A DNA stretch of 64,000 bases, taken from the NCBI RefSeq assembly GCF_009914755.1, contig NC_060930.1, one strand, 5' to 3'. Numbering within the stretch: position 1 is the first letter of the stretch; every line of letters starts with the position of its first letter. The DNA comes from the human T2T-CHM13v2.0 reference genome, Homo sapiens. The notes under the pieces are model-generated. The model ran no database searches. It was not told the DNA's origin and worked only from the letters and a program-made list of their open reading frames with translations. The translations under genes were made by a program, and so were the position numbers. This document shows positions 14,521 through 28,345 of the stretch, one piece after another.

Positions 14521-17500
14521 CACAGATATGATAGAAATACACACAGACCACTATACAAATAATATTTAAAATCATGTGCTTGATTTTGTTCAAAAATATC
14601 TATTCTGTGAACTGAAAATATCCCTGTGAAGACTAAAAAGCCAAAATGGCATTTCATATTATGAAGAAAATATTCTTAGTCTCTATATAGATTATCACAA
14701 GTAATTTAGAAAAATAATACTATTTTCCTAGACTGGAGAAAAATTGAATGTACTTCCTTAACAATGATAGACACAGATACAGATACAGAAAAAAAAAAAC
14801 AAAACATAGACCCGTTGTTTAGAGGTATTGTGTACCATTGAGAAAATGTCACGGAAAGTATAATTACATATTATCATATTTAACTAGCTGCACTGTGCTG
14901 CTTACACTTGTGTTATTTATAATTCCATGAATAACTCTAAAGTCCAAATGTGTCCAGGCTGCTGTAGATTAGGATACAATTTTTACTTTTACTTATCTGA
15001 GAATATTCATCTGAAATTAATCAATTTCAGAGACTTTGGTAGATAATATTTATTTGAATTAAAAATAATAAAATCACTTGTATATTTTCTAGTATCTGCA
15101 AATGTGGTTGATAGTAGAACATTTAATTGAACAAGCATGGATGCTGAATAATAAAAATTGATACCAGATGTAAACAATTGATATTAGTAAACTGGTAGGC
15201 ATGGGTTAAATGTGAAATACACTGGATCAAATTGTTTTTCTACATATATTTTTTAAAAAAATTTACATAACTGCTAACCAATAAAATAAAATCAGCGTAC
15301 CTAATCTATTGGAATAACTTCAAAGATCAATTATTGAACAATTTCCCTTTCTACCAACTTGGGAGTAAAGAATGTTAAAGTTCAAGATAACTAATGGGCA
15401 ATTCCCCTAAGTAAATAAGGCGAGGTCACATTCACTAGGCCTTAACGCCGAGAGTTCAGTAAAATAGAGGATGCTGGGTTGCAATTCTGAACATTCAGAA
15501 AAATAAAAAAGATTAGAAAAAAATGCTACAGGCACAGGCAGATAACTGACATGTGGCAGTGGTAGGTTTCTTTATAACATAACACTTATAGTTCTCTTTA
15601 TATTGTATTTGCTGTCTTAAGACAAAAATTGTATATTTTGAAATTGGTGCAGAGTATGAAACAAATTTGATTTTAAGTATTTTCAATGGTCTTATAATTA
15701 TTTCCCAAATTTATGTTCACCCCACATGACTTACCCACTACACATTCTGGATATTAACACCATCATTATGTTGGATATCTTATGTTGGGACACTAGTTGA
15801 GGGGATATTTCCCAATGCTAAATTTGTGTAGGAAAAGATTCAAGTTATAAAGCTTAAAGATCATTGAATAGTTAATATTTGGGGAGGTAAAAATCTCACA
15901 ATCACATATTTGAGATGTAATAGTGAAGGAATAGGTATGTGGTATAAACAAGGGGCAATCAATACTAAGAAAATCAGTGTTTCTTTAGTTGTATCCTCAG
16001 CAGAGATTTAAATAACTTTTGTTTTTTTTTTCTCTCTTTTACGGAATTAAAATTGGACCACCCTTTCTTACCCACAATCAAATTCCAGAGAAACCAATTG
16101 TGATGCTAATGAAGGAAATAGTCATGGACTTCATATTTCTCTAAGTATTTTCATGGCCATCCATTTGTGGATTGCAATATTTTCCTAACCCAGCTGTCTT
16201 TCTGAGTCACTGCCTCTGCCCCATCCTCTTAGATGTGACACAGAACATTTTAATCAGAGAAGCAAAAAGCTTGTTTTGCTGTTAGAACTAATGAGTTTCC
16301 AATTGATAAATTACATTAAATAGTAAACATCACATCAATAAATGTCTTGTCCTAAGATATTAAAAAATTAACATGAAGCCAATAACAACATATGTGAAAT
16401 GTTCAGTTTATTAATAAAGTAATGAAGAAAATTCTATTTGATTGCTGTGCATGTACCATATAGTTGACCAGAATTTACAATGCACGTATATAGTTTATAC
16501 CTGACAGCATTTAACGGGCTTGGGAAGACCCTATAAACCAAAATTATCTTTCTCACACCTGCCAGGTCATCTGTAATATTTCACATCAAATTTATTTCGT
16601 TAGAGTAAGACAGACATTGCCCACTGAAGTTGAGTGTAAAAAAAAAAAATTCTTTTCTAGGAAAGTTATGCATCCAAACAACTGGTAAATTATATTAGTT
16701 TTGTCCAAACAGCCCTATCTCTTAGATGTGGCCAAAGCCTTTAAAGAACAAGATAAGGCAGATAAAGGTTAATATTAGGCAAAGGCTGAGATATGGGAGA
16801 TTGCCCCAAGGGACTGACTGCTACAGGAGACATTCTGCAGTGGACCGCGCTGAAATGAGAGGGGAAGCATAACACCTTGTTATGACACTTCAACGGCAGA
16901 AAGGACGATGAGCACCCAGTGTGAACTTGGCTAGGGGCCCTGCACATTATCCATCTATTGCTTTCAGCTACTCCATGTGTCAAAGACTATTATCTCCATG
17001 GTCTAGATTAAGACACTGAGATGCAGGGAAATTAAGACAGCGAGTAACAGAGGCAAAAGTAGAGGTGGTGATGACAAACTTCCCTGGGAAAATCTACATA
17101 TGTACATTAAGGTGTATAAGAATAATTCTAATTATTAATAAGAGACAGAAAAAAGAGAAAGAAAGAAAGTGGGAGGAAGGAGAATGAAAGGAAAAGGGAG
17201 AAAGAATAAACAAGGAGAAAAAAAGACTTTTTAAAGACAAATAAAAATAAGTAACCAATTATTGAGTTGCATACCTAACCTCAAATAATTTGTAGGTTGT
17301 CCAATAATTTGTAGATTGTCCGTGAATGCTTCAAAAAGTATCCATAATCATAATAATTATAATCATGATCATAAGCAATGTGCATCAAAACCAGACCATG
17401 AGAGAGTAAATTTGAGTAGTAAGTTGGCGTATAATATTACCAGATATTTCTTGAAATTAGGGAGTGTGTTGTTTGCCATGCTCTAAGCCTCCTCATGAGA

Positions 17501-20484
17501 AAATACAAATAATTTACCCCAGTCGTGCTTACATATCTCAAATCTTTATTTTGAGCCTTAACTAAATTCATTGACTCTACTAATTTTCAATTATTTTTAT
17601 GGAGCCAAACTTTTAAGTGAATTTTTATTTTTTGTCTTCTCACTGCTCTGGAGCTTGCATCTTCTTTGAAAGTAGTTATAGGTGACTGACAGGTATGGAA
17701 ACACTAGAAGAATTCCCACAGAATCATTTCTTTGTGTAGAAAATACAACAAATGCCTATTTATGCAGTATGGTTAAGAATTGGGATAGCTTGGTTAATTG
17801 CAGTTCTAGTTAGCTGAGGAGTTGTATGGCCAGGGAGGATTAACAGATGGTTATAAAAGTGTACTGTGTGCATTAAATCTATTCTGGGGCTTACCAGTTT
17901 TTGCATTCATTTTTAATATATTCATGAAAAGATTTCTTGATGCTGTATAATCAAGCATCTACTATTCAGAAATTGTTTATGGAATAGAAAAGATGATGCT
18001 TATACTTGATTGCATTTCTGAGAATGTGTACTTTTTAAGATTTTTGTTTTTACTAAGGTGCCATGATAAACAATTTCTTACCCATGAAATGAATCAGTTG
18101 CTATTGTGTCTATTGACCAAAGCTGCATTTTATTCAGAAGACTTGAGGTGGTGACATTCAGGATATGTCTACAGAAGCCACTTTCATGTATATTAATATT
18201 ATATAATTTACTTCCCAAATAACGTATTTAGTCACATCTATAATGAAGCTGTGGAAAAAATTCTTATGTCACTTTCTTTATTTCAGCAACAATTACAAGG
18301 AACTGCATGTCAAATACAATCAGCATTCTGTGAGGCTTTCATTTCATTATTTGAGTGTATAATACACACATCTGTAGAGTAAGTAATATTCAGTTACCTG
18401 GGGTCATTTTCATTCATGAGTATTTCAGAGACCAGCCATCTCTAAATGCCTGGGGTCCTTGGAAACTCAAATGTAAACTGTTCATTAAAATTTCAATCAT
18501 TTCACACCTAGTGTCACATACCATATGTTGGATATCCAGTGAAGAAACTGCATAACACTCTAAAATTCCAGTGTAGTCAGCTTTGGACAACCCTTTGAGC
18601 AGGAGTTAACCTGAGCTTCTTGCTCTCCTGAGATTAGGGAAAATGCAGCTGTGAGCCTATTCAGTTCCTACTCTTGTAATGGAGAGGAAATACCACAATG
18701 TAGTTTTTGTGGCAGATGAGAGCTGGAATCTCTTCAACCACCACATCTTTTCATAGTGTTGTGTAAAGTATGGTGAAGAGACTGGAGAACTATTACAATT
18801 CTGTATTTCTTTATTGAAAGTAGTATTTACTGCTTAGAATAATGGGATTACAGATAAGAGGATATCCATTTCTCAATCACAGCAACCTAAAGGTAAATAT
18901 AGAAATGTTATTAGCAGACTGAGGAGTATAACTTTGTGAAGAAATTTAGGCATTGATACCTCACATTTTCATATGATGCATCAAAGCGTAGGGATTCAAA
19001 CATCTTTTGTAATCTGTTACATAAGCATCTTTTCAGAACTGGTTTCCTCTAAATGAGTTATAATTTTTAATTCTTTCTAGAATACTCGATAACACTGCAT
19101 AAGCCCTTTCATGAAACAAACATTCATACTAACATATTAGTAATATTACTTCCATTTCAAGGGATTCAAGGAACAACCAAATCTTTTCTATGTGTCCATA
19201 TATTTGGGATTAACAACCACCAAAAGGGAAAAGGAAGGTGTTGGCATCAAGGAGATATTAAATCTATAATCACCCATACAGGAGTTATGTGTAAAAAAGC
19301 TCCTAAGAGACTTTAACTCTCAAGTAAGTTATTCTCCCCCTCCCCAGTTTGAGACAGGACATTCCGGGGGTGTGTTTCTGAAACCCAGGGAAGAAAGAGC
19401 CCTCACTTGAGCTTTATGGGGAGTAAGATGCCTTACGTGCCCTTGAGACAGCTTGTTCCCCACACATACAGGAGGAGAAGGGGCCAGCTTATGTAACCAT
19501 TTCTTAAGCATTTGCTTCATTTCCGAACTGAATGTACTCATACATGTTGAAGGAATTTAAAGTACTCAACTAAAATCTGCTAAAGAATATTCATTTAAAA
19601 CAGTTTTATTCAGTGCCCAGAATTTTATCTAGCACGTGATTTAAAATTACTGATTTATGTTATTTGTAGGCACAGTATTTTGAACAGCAAGAAGATTACT
19701 AAGAATTTTACGGTAATACTAAAAACATACCAGAGTTTATTTGACCAATGAAAAATTGTAAAGAAGAATCTAGTCTGTAAAAATATATTTATGCAATGCA
19801 TTTCACTGTGTGCCCTGTCTCCTAGTTACTACACAGGATGGGAGAAAAGCTTCTTTAATGCATTGTCTTCCCCAGCCTCCTCAACACAAAAAACATACAT
19901 TTCACACACTCCATTGGGATTGCTTAACTGCAGGGAGAAAATTGCCATCCTAAAAAGAAACGCTGGCATATCCCTGGGCTGAGCCAACCAAGGTGGGGGA
20001 AAGAATGTTCCGAGCTAATGTCTTTTTTACTCCAAGGAAGACCAGAGCAGTCACTCTGGACAGTCCATCCTGAATTGTGAATGTTCACAACTATTACTTC
20101 ATTTGATCACCTCACTCTCTGTCCTTCTCCTCCAGAGCTTTAAGATGTAACCCTACTGCCTCTCCGCACTCAGAGCAGATGAGTCATATTATCATGGATT
20201 ATTCTTTGTCTTCTCTACATTCCATCTTTTGAGGAACCACTTTATTATCACTTATTAGTAATCTTGTGCAGTCTTGTGTTTGTACTAGGACAAACTCACA
20301 TTCCCTGCTCATGAGTAAGCATGTGACTAAAACCTGGCCAATCCGAGTAAACTATGACCAGAGGACACTTAGTTATAGCAGTTATTTCAGTGAAATGTAC
20401 ATGATTTAAGCCATGTTAACCAGAATTTCTCCCATAATTTTGTCACTATTGTGGGGAAAGTTTTTGTTCAATGGGATCTCGATT

Positions 20485-20662
20485 TATATATATATATATT
20501 ATATTATATATGTATATATATTATATATTATATATGTATATATATTATATATTATATATGTATATATATTATATATGTATATATATTATATATATGTATA
20601 TATATTATATATGTATATATATTATATATATGTATATATATAATATAAATATATATGATATA
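20485..20662. repeat. AT-rich compound minisatellite
   Basis: TA-only units punctuated by G at spacings 24,24,17,19,17,19. Confidence 0.95.
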
Positions 20663-21481
20663 AATTTCGAGCCTGATCAATTTATCACCATACAATAATA
20701 ACTTGCTGGGAATGTGGCCAAGCAAAGAAAGCAGATTAAGATATGCTGAGAAAGAGACCTTATGGCATTGTTTGGAAATCTGGATCTAGCTGTTCCTAAA
20801 GCAGAACCTCTCCCCCTCCCTTGCTACATTAGTCAATTTTATTGAATAAATGAGTTTGCACTCACTCTTTGATACCTTTAACTAACAGAATTCTGACTAA
20901 ATGCAGAAATTGGTACTGGAAAGTGGAATATTGCATGAGAGAGGAATTCAAATATGAATTTAGCTAGGTCAAGGTAAGCAGTAGGACAGAAATGATTTCC
21001 CATCTCTTACTGGGAAGTTTATCAACCTCCTTATGTGATGGTAGAGAATATGGTTAAGTTTTTACCTGTTGTATCTTGAAAATCAGACAATGTAAATAAA
21101 GTGTCTGGGAGCTTTAGGGCACATTAGAGCCAAGCAAACAAGCAAGCAGGCAAACAAACAAACAAAACAAAAACATCTGTTTTGATGCTAGAGTTTATTG
21201 AATGCTTCCTGGAGCCTTTAGTAAGGTCCTAAGACCAATTTTGGCTTAAACTAACTTCCCTCAAAGCAGAGAGTAGCAACCATTTCTCCCTAACAAAGGT
21301 GACATCCAAGATATCAAAGTTGCCAAAATTTATATGAGCATGTCTTACAGGTTGAAAAAGCCAAATCATATAAATATGATTCCAAGACAGTCAGTGAAAG
21401 CAAAGGTGCAAGGGGGAAGGGAAATCAGCAAATTTTGTATTAGAGCCCAGAAGCCAGACACCAAGAAGAAACTTTATCCTG

Positions 21482-21785
21482 CAAGGCCAGGATTAGTGTG
21501 AGATAATTGAGGCACATATTTCAAGCACAAAATTTAAGGAGGCACTAAAAAATCTTGGTAATCAAGAAATATAATATTTAATGAAATATTTTTAAAAATA
21601 AAAAATATAAAAATTTACACTGAACAAAACATCCAAATAGTAAATCAAGACATGACTAAACTCAAACAATCATTGTTCACTTCCTGTCCAAAAAATTAAA
21701 AAAAAAATAGTGGCCCTAGTATTAACAACTATGTACTCTAATGCAGCCAAAAATAAAGAACAGATTACTAGTCTCACTGCCCTGG
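21482..21785 (+). mobile_element. MER96B-like hAT-Tip100 element nested in the MLT1 internal region
   Basis: CAAGGCCAGGATTAGTGTGAGATAATTGAGGCAC...CAAAATTTAAGGAGGCACT matches the MER96 terminus; right end near CTGCCCTG is uncertain. Confidence 0.5.
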
Positions 21786-23058
21786 GCAGAAACAGTGAAA
21801 TGGGTTGCTAAGAAACAGAAACCACCAGAATGAAATTTAGATTAAAATGAGACTCTTTGAGCCTAGTTACCAGTCAAGGGAGGAAGCAGGTAGCAGTCAA
21901 ACAAAAGTCAGCTGAAGTTTTAAGGGCATTATCTTCCCAGAAAAACTTCAACATTGGCAAATTTTCAATGCCTCAGACAATTAGCACATCAATGAGTTTA
22001 CACAAAAAGGAAGTTGCCTACCAAAACAGTGCTGTTCCAGAAATGGAAATCCTCCAATAATCTCAGATGCAGCCATGGAGGAAAACGTCCAGGGCATGTC
22101 CTGCAAGAGGGCAGAGAGAGGCAGTTTGGTCAAGACATTGACTCATCTGCCACTGAACCACAGCCACTGGTTTCTGTCCAGCAGAACTAATATGTGCTCT
22201 AGCTCAAAGGCCACTGTATGCTACTTACTATTCTCTTGTTTTTCATGTGAAAATGTTTATTCTATGTGTTTATTCTAGTCTTAGTGCTTAATTTTGGACT
22301 TGATATGTTGGGGCTTTTTTGATTCATCATGTAGCTGCAGATTACAAATTTATTTAGTGCAACATCTAATCTGAGTAAGAGTGAGTTATCTCATCCAAAG
22401 ATTCTAATTTTGGAACTGCATGTAGAAATTGAATTTAAGACTTTGGATTATCAATCTTTGGGGAGAGGGCAAATGCATTTTCAGTATTATGTTAAAGTAG
22501 TTGCATTAGGTTAGAACTGGCATTTTTTAACATACATGTATGAATAGAAAATGTTTGTGGACTACTATGCGATGAACCTAGTGAACATTTATTTTTTTCC
22601 CTTTCATTGAGAATGAAGTGTCCTTCATTGCATAGTAATTGTCCTTCATTGCATAGCAATCTGACCCTAGTCCAGGTGTTTTTGTGAGACCAACCTTTTT
22701 ACTCTTTGTGTCTCCCCATTCTACTGCTCCTCACTAGGACTGATCTTTGGACTCAAATCTGGACACTCAAAATATTCCCTTTCATTGCTATATACTCATT
22801 TTTCCCAAATCTTTAGTATGAGCTCAGTTTCAGTTCCAATTACCAACTCATATTACATTATCTTTGATGTTCTTTGGTCTCCTCATGAGATAACTTACTG
22901 ATTTGATACATTCAAATCTTAAACACAAAAACAAAAATAAACAAAAAAAATCCCCCCAAAGCTAAGGAGATGGGTCCTCTGTGCTTATTTTATTTCAAGA
23001 AAATAAGTCTCCATGCTCACAGTCAATAGAAAGACAATTTTCTACTTAAAAAAAATAA

Positions 23059-23502
23059 CTATTCACAATAACAAAGACTTGGAACCAACCCAAATGTCCA
23101 ACAATGATAGACAGGATTAAGAAAATGTGGCACATATACACCATGGAATACTATGCAGCCATAAAAATGATGAGTTCATGTCCTTTGTAGGGACATGGAT
23201 GAAATTGGAAATCACCATTCTCAGTAAACTATCGCAAGAACAAAAAACCAAACACTGCATATACTCACTCATAGGTGGGGATTGAACAATGAGAACACAT
23301 GGACACAGGAAGGGGAACATCACACTCTGGGGACTGTTGTGGGGTGTGGGGAGGGGGGAGGGATAGCTTTAGGAGACATACCTAATGCTAAATGACGAGT
23401 TAATGGGTGCAGCACACCAGCATGGCACATGTATACATATGTAACTAACTTGCACATTGTGCACATGTACCCTAAAACTCAAAGAATAATAATAATAAAA
23501 TT
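23059..23502 (+). mobile_element. 5'-truncated L1PA3-like 3' end
   Basis: 3'UTR with AATGAGAACACATGG and GCTAAATGACGAGTTAATGGG; TTAAAAAAAATAA repeated at 23046-23058 and 23501-23513 (TT/AAAA site plus TSD). Confidence 0.9.
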
Positions 23503-23644
23503 AAAAAAAATAAGAAGTTAATTTAGCAGGCTACAGAAGAACCATACAAAGAAATAGAGGAAAACAGCCTCAATGATTTCTTGTGCGTAGCACAAATTGC
23601 TCTATTGAACAATTTTGAGTACTTATTCTGTTTCAGAAGCTATC

Positions 23645-23815
23645 TTTTAAATATATTTCATCATTTAATAGGAGGTGTTGTAATCATTATTTTATAGATG
23701 GTAATAACGAAGCATGAAGTATTTATGCTATTTGTTCATCATTGCATAACCATTAAATGGCAGAGTTGGAATTCAAAACCAGATGGCCTACACACAGAAT
23801 CCAAGCACCTACTCC
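23645..23815 (-). mobile_element. MIR fragment
   Basis: ATTTTATAGATGG...AAATGGCAGAGTTGGAATTCAAAACCAG. Confidence 0.6.
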
Positions 23816-25199
23816 TTTCATAAGTGCCACTTATTCATAGTACAGGTGAGAAAATCACCGTGGAACGGATGAGTGAACGGATTCAAACCTATTTTATGCC
23901 AGACTAAAGGCAAACAATATGCCTGGACTTAAAATGAATGAAGTTCTTAATAAAAGGAACTCATGCCATTGTGTAAGTCATGCTACACAGAGAGAAATGT
24001 TGTTTGCACCGAGAACAGCCCTATCCCCACAAGGGTGTGTGAGCACTGACCATGTTTATACAATCTCTACATCCGTATCAAAGGGGTAGAATTACCTTTA
24101 TCCCCTGTGCTACCCGTTGTTCTTTCTTCCCATTCCCTACCCCAAATATGCACACAATTACTGCCCTCAGCACATTTAGGCAAATGTTGCCTCTGACCTA
24201 CCTCTTCTGACATTTGCTATTTAAGAATATTCAACAAAGTGCTTATTTTATAGGCCTTGTTTTATTTTTTGTTACTTTCAGCAGGAAAGCTACTCACCAT
24301 AAGTGCTTTATTTTCACTGTGCTTCCAGCTAAATCCCGCACAGTAAAACAAATTAAGCAGATGGCAGACTTAAATGTTAAAGATTGGAAAAAAATGTATG
24401 AAGAAATTTTAGGATAAATTAGAATATAGGATCGCATATATTGAAGTGAGATGAATCAGAGGTTAAAGTCACAGAGAATTTTAAAGCATTTAGCTTCAGT
24501 GAAGATATATGAATGATTCAGGACAGGAGCTGAAAGTGTCCTCTCATGACAAGTGTGCCTTCATAATGCTTAACTCCCAAATTAGTCAAATGCCTTATGT
24601 GGCTTTCTTGCCTCATGAGGTCATGCATATTACCACTGCTATCTTTCTTTCTTTTCAGAGTAAAATGTTCACAGCCTCAATCATCATGGGGAAGGTTCAA
24701 AGGACAGAGGTTTATGTGGTTTAATATGAGTGATGCCTATGGAGAGTCCAGATAAAAAAAGAAAATAAATTTTCATCCTCTGTCTATTACTAGTTTCTCT
24801 GAATTCTCCTATTAGGGAATATACATTCACTGTAAAAATTTTGAGCTCTGTTAAAATGCAAATTTCCCTGGGAGCATTCAATCTCATGAGTCATTTTCAA
24901 CTATGAGTAAACGAAATTAGCAGATGATTTCCTAAGAACAGGTTTGAGTAGAGAGAAGGAAGGAGGAAGCATAAGGCTGCCAAGGACCAGGATTAAGTCC
25001 TTAAACTCAAGTTCCTAAGATAGGAGTGTTCTAAAGTCAAAATATGTCTCATAAAATATTATCTCAGAGCTAGTCTTGATATTCATAAATTTAAAGATAA
25101 GTAGTATTGTTTTGAATTAGTTTAAACAGAAAAGTTGTAAAAGCAAGGGAAAAACAAAGAAGCCAACATGTATTTAGTTTCTTTTATATATTAGGGGTT

Positions 25200-25375
25200 T
25201 TACTCTCTCCAGCCGTCACAACTCTCTGTGATATTTTCATGAACCCCACTTTATCTATGAGGACAATGAGCCTCAGAAATGTTACTTGACTTGACAAAGG
25301 TCACACATCTGATAAATAGTGTAGAGGAAAGATTCTGATTCCAATTTCTCTGTAAAGCTTGGGTTTTCCCCACAC
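25200..25375 (-). mobile_element. MIR fragment
   Basis: CCCCACTTTATCTATGAGGACAATGAGCCTCAGAAATGTT...ACTTGACAAAGGTCACAC. Confidence 0.6.
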
Positions 25376-27769
25376 CAAATGGCAATGGCTTTCTGGTGTC
25401 AAATAACCTAACTGTGTGCTGACATTTAAAAATCATTAAACAGAGAATGATAATTATATTCCAAAAAATAAAGGGACAAAACATACTAATACCAATACAA
25501 TATAACTAATATCTTTGGCTGTGATCAGGAAGATGTAATTAGAGAAAAATGGAAGAATTGTTAGAAGAAGGGAAAGAGGACATACCCAAGGGGACATAGA
25601 AGGCAACTTGAACTAACTTATAATTGCACCCAGCTGCCACTAGGATCCACTTCAATGCTCATGTAATTTCCATAGACCCAAGGCTCACTTATTTCTGACA
25701 CAGCATATTAATCTAAAGACAAAAAGTGTAGGGGTTGATTAAAGACCTTCAAAACTCTATCAAGATAATTTAATGGTAAACGAAGAAAAAAATATTCCAG
25801 TGAGACGTTTTAAGAAAATATCAGCTAGAAGTATTTTATTTTTATTATGTTGAAATCGAGGCATGTCATACCTAGTCTTTTTTTCTCTGTAGTTAAAGTT
25901 TTGTGACATTCTATGAGCCAGAGCAAGTAGCAATATACAATTAGACTAGCCTCCTTTCGTGGCATAGACTTTTGGTGGGACAAGAAGCATTATCTCTCCA
26001 GTATAAATGACAAAGAAAGTCTGCACGGGCATGCCCAGGCAAATGAAAAGCTACCTTTGAAGTGTTTATATTACAGAAAAAAAGACTCTAATAATTTATA
26101 TTAACTACAAAAATACCTCCAGAAGATTAGAATAATAGAAAAGCATTTATAATATCCAGGAGGGAAGAGCCATATAAAATAGAACTGAGACTATTTCCTT
26201 GGGAAGTTTGTAGAGGAACGCATTTTAAATAAAGTTATGTCAAAAATATAATTTCTTATTTTATGTGAAAGTGTTTGAATAGCCAGTCATGGTTACAGAG
26301 AAACCATGTTTTGTATCTAGTGGTACAAATTAACATATGTATCATCTACAGAGCTTGAGGTCATAGGCTTCTAACACTTTCTTATTTTCTTATAGATTAT
26401 GTATTCTTGATAGTAGTGATATATTTTTGTTTGAAATACAATTAAATTTCTGAATTTTGTATTTAATAAAATATTAAAGTTTACAAACAAACTGTTATCA
26501 GAAGGAACAGTAATTTTCCCTCAGATATGTATAATGAAAAATAATATTTTCAGAGCCAACTGAGAGGATAATTCTTTCTGTAGACAGTGCTCCCAATTTT
26601 TTTTTAATTTTCCTCTAACTCTCCTCATTTCCTACTTCCCACACACCTCCATTTGTAGACAGGTACAAAGGTACTCAGGATTACATGTAGAAGTGTTCAA
26701 TTAGGACTCCCTGTTTGAATGTACACTGACCCTGCCAATTTACTGTGTTTCAGATAAATATGAGTGCATGAAGCAGCAGAGGCTGCTAAGCATGCTGAAG
26801 AATGGACCCTTGTTCCTAAAGTCTTACTCAGGACAGAGACACAAACAGGACCAGGTGACCTCAATTATTTGTGAATGGAGAATGGGTGTATGAACTGTCT
26901 CTTTAAACTCTCCCAAAGACGACCAGTTAATATTACATTATTAAAAATGTAAAGGAAGTTTCATTCTACTAACAATACAAGTGCAGTAAAATACTTTATA
27001 TGTTATAGTTGCTCCATAAATTTTAGGCTCCGTCTGTTGATCATTTTTTTACCACCAGAATATAGAGAAAACAATGAAGGAACTTCCACTTTGAGCTTAT
27101 CTGAGCCACACAGAGGAAAAAAGTGGTAAACAGAAATAATAGGAAAGTTTAGAAAAAAATTTATTGTTCTTTCATAATTAAATGTACTATGTATTTTTTA
27201 AAGAAATAACCTTAGCTATTTTGAATCTATATCCCTTTCTTAAGGATAATAAAAAACTTTAACATATTTGAACTCCTCACTGAATACCTCACTCCCTGCC
27301 TTATCTAACTGTCTTCATTTTTTTGGTTAGGAAATTTAATACTACGTTGTTTATGTAAGACATGGTTTTCTGATGACCCCAGTATTTAATTACATTTGAC
27401 AGTATTATTTGCTCACCACAAGTTTTGTTCTGTTTTGTTTTATTATTTCTTTAAAAATCTACTCATTTCTCTACATTATTATTGCTAAAATTCATCCCTT
27501 AAATATTATTTTTGTGATGATCTGTGAAACATGAACACTTTTATTCTTTGTCTAGAATTGCCTTAATTCCCCTTGTTCTTTGATGTTATTTAGGCTGGGC
27601 ATAGAATTATAGGTTGCCAGCTTCTGTGCCTCAGCATCATTTTCTGAATATATTGTAGTTAATAAGAAGTGTTTTGCAAACTTAATTTTCATATTTTGAA
27701 GATGATAATATACATTATTTATAATTTTTAAACAATGTGTGAAGTTTCTCTATAGTATGTACTTGTATC

Positions 27770-28345
27770 CAGTGCCATACTATTCTTCTACACAGAATGA
27801 TCTATTGAAAATGCAATATAGTGAGTTACATTATGATATTGCTTAAAATCCTGCACCACCCCCATATCTACAGGATAAAATTCAAATTTATCAGGAAAGC
27901 CGCAATGGTTCATGCCAATCCCTATAGCCTTATCTCTGACCATTGTAGACCTCACACTTTATGTGCCAGACACATAAAAATACTTCTCATTCACTGAACA
28001 TACTATGCTGTTTTTAGGTTCTGAGTGTTTATTTATTCTGTTCTCTCTACTAAAAGTATCTTCCTTCTCATTCTCAATTTTATTTTTAACTAATAAATTT
28101 TCCTTAATATTTAAGCCTTTATTGAAACCTTATCTCTTCCAAGAAGCTTGACCTAACTCCTCCAGTATGAGGTAACTGTGTTTCTTCTGTGCTCCCAAAA
28201 TACTCCATTTATGTGAATGACTCTCCCAATGGATCTTAAGTTTCTTGGTATCAGGGGCTATGTCTAACACATTTCTAGCCCCTATCATATATACTACTCT
28301 TCACTTAGAAGATGCTTAGTATATATTTGCTGAGTATTTAAAATA
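27770..28345 (+). mobile_element. L2 3' region
   Basis: GCTTAAAATCCTGCA...CTACAGGATAAAATTCAAATT...ending AGTATATATTTGCTGAGT. Confidence 0.6.

Larger units (their letters stand above)
20200..22790 (+). mobile_element. Old MLT1-type MaLR provirus: LTR (~20200-20905), internal region (~20906-22555), partial second LTR
   Basis: LTR motif GCATGTGACTAAAACCTGGCCAATC; LTR end CTGACTAAATGCA is followed immediately by GAAATTGGTAC (MaLR-internal start); internal 3' motif GACTTTGG...GGGAGAGGGCAAATGCATTTT precedes a TGTGG restart. Confidence 0.55.

Noticed and set aside
20413-20698. Ile/Tyr-rich ORFs; likewise the Glu/Gly/Arg-rich ORFs at 59739-60103
   Set aside because: Artefacts of simple repeats lacking stop codons.
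14410-24895. Isolated AP-1 (TGAGTCA) and HRE-like motifs
   Set aside because: Short motifs at about chance frequency.
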